Virus record (IMG/VR): IMGVR_UViG_3300042545_000475
Span: 1-51,857 of that record
Strand: one strand, 5' to 3'
Length of the DNA stretch: 51,857 nt
Source: a virus
Taxonomy: Duplodnaviria > Caudoviricetes
Each line of letters begins with the position of its first letter. Position 1 is the stretch's first letter. Under the pieces are notes generated by a model. It was not told where the DNA came from and searched no databases. It saw only the letters and a program-made list of their open reading frames with translations. The translations under genes were made by a program, and so were the position numbers. Below, piece by piece: positions 47,742 to 51,857 of the stretch.

Positions 47742-48601
47742 GGCGTGTTGAATGGTCTGTGTCCAAGACGGACGACAAGGTCTACAAGATCACTTTCAGC
47801 GTCAAGAGGATGTCGAAAGATGTTCCGGCGGTGTTGTGCCTGACAGACCTGCACTGGGATTCCGAGCAGTGTGACAGGGTGACCCTGAAGGCCCACCTAG
47901 ACATGGCACTTGCGGAGAATATCCCGGTGATCATCGGTGGCGACCTGTTTGATGTCATGCAAGGCAGATGGGACCCCAGAGCGTCACAGGAAAGCCTGCG
48001 GCCTGAACACCGTGGCGGCAGATATTTTGACAGTGTCATTTCAACAGCCGTTGAATGGTTCAAACCGTACAAGGACATCCTTGCGGTGGTTGCACCCGGC
48101 AATCACGAGACATCGGTGGCCAAGCGCCATGACACGAACCTGATCAGCCGTTTCTTGGAAGGCATCAAGGCATACGGCTCACCAGTCGAGGAAGGCGGCT
48201 ATTGGGGCTTTGTAAACCTGAAGTTTTACGACAGTCATAAACATTCAAAGACATTAACACTCCACTATCACCATGGATATGGAGGGGGTGGGGAGATAAC
48301 ACGGGGCCTAATAGATAATTCCAGAACTAGGTCTATGTATCAGGCAGATATATTTATTTCAGGCCATGTGCATCGGCGCAACGCAGACGAGAATGTGGTC
48401 TTGCATACGGACAGTTTTGGCAAGCTTCGCAAGCAGAACCAGTTGTTTTTGCGTTGTGGTGCCTACAAGGACGAGTTGGATGGCTGGCACGCAGAAAAGG
48501 GTCGTGCTGCTAGGCCTATCGGCGGTTGGTTGATCAATTTCAGGGTCTGGCGGAATGAGAGTTCGGTGATGGTTGTGTCACCGCAGGCGGTAACACCGTG
48601 A
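47738..48601 (+). CDS. Calcineurin-like metallophosphoesterase
   Basis: DLH, GDLFD, GNHE, HHG and GHVH motifs. Confidence 0.88.
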   Translation: MRRVEWSVSKTDDKVYKITFSVKRMSKDVPAVLCLTDLHWDSEQCDRVTLKAHLDMALAENIPVIIGGDLFDVMQGRWDPRASQESLRPEHRGGRYFDSVISTAVEWFKPYKDILAVVAPGNHETSVAKRHDTNLISRFLEGIKAYGSPVEEGGYWGFVNLKFYDSHKHSKTLTLHYHHGYGGGGEITRGLIDNSRTRSMYQADIFISGHVHRRNADENVVLHTDSFGKLRKQNQLFLRCGAYKDELDGWHAEKGRAARPIGGWLINFRVWRNESSVMVVSPQAVTP

Positions 48602-48744
48602 TGGTGGTGTGTTACGACTGGTACACCGGGGAAGAAGTACCGGATGTTTTTTCTTACGATTTTGAATCACACATCCTTGGAAGGCTTGTGTCCGGCAAGG
48701 AGTTGTGGGAATATCGCAGGCTGCGTGGGTTCAGGATTTCCTGA
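48601..48744 (+). CDS. Small (47 aa) hypothetical protein
   Basis: TGATG coupling; open frame MVVCYDWYTGEE... Confidence 0.45.
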   Translation: MVVCYDWYTGEEVPDVFSYDFESHILGRLVSGKELWEYRRLRGFRIS

Positions 48745-48749
48745 GTACC

Positions 48750-49000
48750 CACCACTGGCACCGGCAAGGCATACTTCGTAGTATTGTGGTTGCCTGCTAT
48801 GTCAGGTGTAGGCGTTGTGTCCGGGGGACTGGACTATGACGGCCTACGGTATTTTACGGGGCTAAGTTGCCCCGTAATCCTGATCGATCCCTCGTGCGAT
48901 TGGGAATGTGAAACCGGGGGGAATGTTAAGGACGGCAAACCTTATTGGGTCTAAACATTAAGGCCATTTAGAATATGGCCCCTTCACAAATCGGTGCTAC
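48750..49000 (+). ncRNA. Candidate structured non-coding RNA (strand uncertain)
   Basis: ORF-free gap with many nested helices (see findings). Confidence 0.45.
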
Positions 49001-49007
49001 TTTCATG

Positions 49008-49053
49008 TTCGTCGGCTGGTGTGTGCGTTGGGGTTCGATTCCCTGAAGGCGAA
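49008..49053 (+). ncRNA. tRNA-like mini-element
   Basis: TTCGTC/GGCGAA closing stem; GGGG-TTCGATT-CCCT; shares GGCTGGTG with the 41457 element. Confidence 0.4.
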
Positions 49054-49085
49054 ATTGTTCAAGATGATGTGCGGAGACTTGCACG

Positions 49086-49628
49086 GTGAATCCTTTGAAT
49101 GAAGACCAGCAACGGTTGGTCGAAGACAACATAAAATTAGCTTTAAAGTTTTCTAGGCGTTTCCCGCCACCACACGGTTTGAATCACGATGAGTGGCAGG
49201 CCGAGTGTATGGTCTTTCTGGTTCATGCCGCACGGCGCTATGACCCAAGCAAGTCCAAGTTTTCAACCCATGCGTGGATTTCAATGCGTTACGGCATGTT
49301 TGATTATATAAGAGAAATACAGTCCGTAAAGAAGGATTACCGGCGAACGCAGCGAATCGGTGAGGACGAGGACCTTGGCGCTGAGGACCTTTCGACTGAA
49401 AGGAAGATCAGGCGTGATGAGTGTAGGGAGCAGTTGCTTGTGTTGATTCGGCGGTTACCAAAGCCGCTATGGCAAGAGGTGTGGTTGAAGCGGATGGAAG
49501 GTAAAGAGCTTGATGAGATTTGCAAAGAGGTGCAATTGTCGAGGGTGAAAATTAAAAATGTATACAAAGACGGCTTGAACTACCTTCAAACGCTTGCTGC
49601 CCGTAGTAATGCACAGCTGGCGGGTTAA
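49086..49628 (+). CDS. Sigma-70-like RNA polymerase sigma factor
   Basis: LVEDNIKLA, AARRYDPSKSKFSTHA region 2; region-4-like HTH. Confidence 0.8.
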   Translation: MNPLNEDQQRLVEDNIKLALKFSRRFPPPHGLNHDEWQAECMVFLVHAARRYDPSKSKFSTHAWISMRYGMFDYIREIQSVKKDYRRTQRIGEDEDLGAEDLSTERKIRRDECREQLLVLIRRLPKPLWQEVWLKRMEGKELDEICKEVQLSRVKIKNVYKDGLNYLQTLAARSNAQLAG

Positions 49629-49683
49629 ATCGGGACCGTGTTGAATTCTGGCGACCAATCGGCACGCTGCCGGGAGGTGAGTG

Positions 49684-49851
49684 ATGAGTGACGACATGCG
49701 ACTACGGCACAAATACCACCAACTGGAGAGCGAATTCGACAGCTTTATGAAACTGGTGATTGAGAAAACGGCTGTTGAAGTGAAGGGTGAGTACCACTGG
49801 CCGGAATGGTTGGTCACCAAGCTTGATGAGATGGGCTTGTGGGTTCGTTGA
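49684..49851 (+). CDS. Small (55 aa) hypothetical protein
   Basis: GGAGG RBS; MSDDMRLRHKY...GLWVR. Confidence 0.55.
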   Translation: MSDDMRLRHKYHQLESEFDSFMKLVIEKTAVEVKGEYHWPEWLVTKLDEMGLWVR

Positions 49852-49961
49852 ATTGGCCTTGTGCGGCCATGTGTCACAACACTATACTCTTGTGATGAAT
49901 CGGTGCATGATGTTAGCCATCGTGTGGTGGTGGACTGGTGCTGTGGTCATTCGGTGGCGTG

Positions 49962-50156
49962 ATGCCTGAACAATTTTATGCGTGGGTGTTGAATGCTGAC
50001 GGTGAGGCGTTCAAGACACGAAAATACAATACACATGAATCATTTGAGCGCATCGCTCAGGTCTATTTATCGGCACCCGATGTGGTGAAGCTTGATGTGT
50101 TCAGGCTGGATGTCACAGGCAAAACCAAGTTAGTCAACACGCTCAGGAAGAAGTGA
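49962..50156 (+). CDS. Hypothetical protein
   Basis: Coupled small ORF. Confidence 0.55.
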   Translation: MPEQFYAWVLNADGEAFKTRKYNTHESFERIAQVYLSAPDVVKLDVFRLDVTGKTKLVNTLRKK

Positions 50157-50416
50157 TGGGCACGGAAGCCGAGCCTTATTTTTCGGTTATTGAGAGCGAC
50201 AAGAATGGTCTTGTCTGGCTGGTCATGCACCGGACTGAGTTCACGGAATATCGTAGAACCGTGCTGTTTGAGATCATCCCGACGAGCCGATACACGGCGA
50301 CTGCTGATTATGTGCTTCGCAAGGTTCTTTATGCCTGTGGGAAGTGGGAGTTGCGGGACCCGTACATCATTCAGGAGATGCTATGGTGCGTGCTTTCGTA
50401 TCTGGAGGGCAAATGA
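50153..50416 (+). CDS. Hypothetical protein
   Basis: GTGA/ATGA coupling. Confidence 0.55.
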   Translation: MMGTEAEPYFSVIESDKNGLVWLVMHRTEFTEYRRTVLFEIIPTSRYTATADYVLRKVLYACGKWELRDPYIIQEMLWCVLSYLEGK

Positions 50417-50622
50417 TGGACAGCGGCGACACGATTGCTTGGGAATTGCACATCGATAAGCATGGCAGGGTGAAACGGTTAATTCATATGGGTGCGGAGG
50501 TGGTGGCCAGTGGAATCAGATTTAAATATGAACATGGCCACATGCCCATGCTCAAAATGTGGGTGCCAATCTCAAGATTTAACGGTGTCCGGTTTGTCGA
50601 GTCTGATCAGCAGGCTGAGTGA
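50413..50622 (+). CDS. Hypothetical protein
   Basis: GGAGG RBS; ATGA coupling. Confidence 0.55.
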   Translation: MMDSGDTIAWELHIDKHGRVKRLIHMGAEVVASGIRFKYEHGHMPMLKMWVPISRFNGVRFVESDQQAE

Positions 50623-51163
50623 CCGTCTGATAGTTATTGAATCGGCCCTGACACGAAAGTATTCACGCAGCGCATTGGGCAAACGAATCGGTGTCTCAGG
50701 CATAGCGGTGACCAAGCTTATCAGGGCTGGAGTGCTGAAGCCGCCGATTGGCAGGGAATACACAGAAATTGAATTCAACGATGCGTGTGATGCGTATGCG
50801 GTGTACAAGGCACTGAGGCAACAAAAGCGTGCGTACGAGTCTACGGTGCCTGTTAGTGAGGCCGAGATGATGGAGGCGAAGCGTCAGGCGTGTGCTGAGG
50901 CTGCACGACAGAGCGCAGGCTACAATGGGTCGATTCGGCGCAGGATGTATTCGTCGGTGAGGATGTCGATCCTGACTGAGATTGCCAAGTCTGGAGGGCC
51001 GTGCGTATGGATGTGCGGCAACCGTGCGTCGGCAAGCAAGGCACTGTGTTCTGATTGCAAGAAAAAAAAGACCGCCAACAGGCATCAGAAGGAGGCAGAC
51101 CGTGCAAGAGGACGAAGCGCAGCACCGGCCAAAGACCATGGAAGAATTAAAGGAAGAGGTTAG
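50492..51163 (+). CDS. HTH plus Zn-finger protein (true start probably downstream of 50492)
   Basis: YSRSALGKRIGVS..AVTKLIRAG HTH-like; CVWMC...CSDC. Confidence 0.55.
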   Translation: MRRWWPVESDLNMNMATCPCSKCGCQSQDLTVSGLSSLISRLSDRLIVIESALTRKYSRSALGKRIGVSGIAVTKLIRAGVLKPPIGREYTEIEFNDACDAYAVYKALRQQKRAYESTVPVSEAEMMEAKRQACAEAARQSAGYNGSIRRRMYSSVRMSILTEIAKSGGPCVWMCGNRASASKALCSDCKKKKTANRHQKEADRARGRSAAPAKDHGRIKGRG

Positions 51164-51263
51164 GAAGCTTGAACTTACTTTAGTGGTCATGGTCAGCATA
51201 ATTTCATCGGTTATTGGCACAGTTGGCGTTCAGATTTTTTGGAAGTGGTGGACTAATGGATGA
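51138..51263 (+). CDS. Small TM protein
   Basis: MEELKEEVRKLE followed by a hydrophobic helix. Confidence 0.45.
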   Translation: MEELKEEVRKLELTLVVMVSIISSVIGTVGVQIFWKWWTNG

Positions 51264-51450
51264 TCAAATTAAAATGATCAGGATACAACCAGACCCGCTT
51301 CTTTTGGCGGCTAGAATTGCGTTTTTAAGGGATGCCATTGTGGAACACCGCAAGGCGATGGCTGAATACCGGCCTGCCGTGTATGACAGCGTGCTTTGGA
51401 CCTCATTGGACCGTGACGACAAACTGGCCTACGAGGGCATGAAAAAGTGA
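51256..51450 (+). CDS. Hypothetical protein
   Basis: Coupled ORF; LRDAI..H...D..LW. Confidence 0.55.
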   Translation: MDDQIKMIRIQPDPLLLAARIAFLRDAIVEHRKAMAEYRPAVYDSVLWTSLDRDDKLAYEGMKK

Positions 51451-51686
51451 GCGACGACAAGGCTGTCGATCCAGACCACTACATCGGCATCAATGGCCTG
51501 TGCTGCCATGAGGCCCAGCGTGCGATGATGACTGATCAGGAATTTGCAGGGTATTGGGTCGGCAATGCCGTGAAATACCTCTGGCGCTGGCGAAAGAAAA
51601 ATGGCATACAGGACCTGAAGAAGGCTGAACGGTGTCTGCGGTTCCTGATTGAAGAAATCGAAAAGGGGAGCCGAAATGATGACTGA
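51447..51686 (+). CDS. DUF3310 (SaV-like) protein
   Basis: P.HY...GN..KYLWRW..KNG..DLKKA..L..LI. Confidence 0.85.
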   Translation: MSDDKAVDPDHYIGINGLCCHEAQRAMMTDQEFAGYWVGNAVKYLWRWRKKNGIQDLKKAERCLRFLIEEIEKGSRNDD

Positions 51687-51857
51687 TCAAGAGTTAAAAA
51701 TAATAGAGGCCTGCCATGCCGGGAATGTTCGGGCGCATTATCAAAGCTGTCACCTCGACCATCCAGAGTGTGCGATCTTCAAGCTTTCAGATGAGATTCG
51801 CAGATTGTGGCGATTCACCGGCGCTGTCGGACGATTGGCACCCGGATCATGGGAGGG
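51676..51857 (+). CDS. Hypothetical protein running off the window end (would stop at 8-10 if circular)
   Basis: GGAG RBS; frame open to the end. Confidence 0.5.
   Translation, partial: MMTDQELKIIEACHAGNVRAHYQSCHLDHPECAIFKLSDEIRRLWRFTGAVGRLAPGSWE

Larger units (their letters stand above)
1..51857 (+). mobile_element. Tailed dsDNA bacteriophage genome (siphovirus-like), probably complete
   Basis: Canonical order terminase-portal-protease-capsid-neck-tail-lysis-early-replication; no host housekeeping genes; the last ORF reads across the end/start junction to a stop at 8-10. Confidence 0.93.

Noticed and set aside
1-51857. Genome-wide UGA reassignment (genetic code 4 or 25) as the explanation for the UGA at 23738
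   Set aside because: Many genes end in TGA coupled to the next start (ATGA/TGATG at 4975, 5103, 14154, 20160, 21683), and core genes are uninterrupted in code 11

Overview
The window looks like a complete or near-complete ~52 kb tailed (siphovirus-like, HK97-fold) phage genome, almost all on the + strand. Gene order: PAPS-reductase-like/ParB-like pair, terminase, portal, MuF-like protein, a very large prohead-protease fusion, capsid, neck, two tandem tail-tube paralogues, a frameshifted tail chaperone, tape measure, Cys-rich tail-tip proteins, a long fibre, HNH, and a lysis region with a papain-like peptidase. An early region with repeated promoters, operators and RBS hairpins follows, then a replication/recombination module (Sak4-like ATPase, SF1 helicase, SSB-like, primase-helicase, RusA) and a sigma-like factor. 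I saw no integrase, DNA polymerase, complete tRNA or CRISPR array. Several protein types suggest a Planctomycetota host (inference). The most notable items are: (1) an in-frame UGA followed by an fdhF-like SECIS hairpin in a Cys-rich tail-region gene, a candidate virion selenoprotein; (2) an HhH-GPD DNA-glycosylase-like domain inside the prohead protease; (3) eight covarying hairpins over early-gene RBSs together with a phage CsrA homologue; (4) a canonical hammerhead ribozyme; (5) four matching inverted-repeat units at two loci 22 kb apart; (6) tRNA-like mini-elements and a structured ncRNA candidate. All family calls come from motif recognition by eye; no searches were run.
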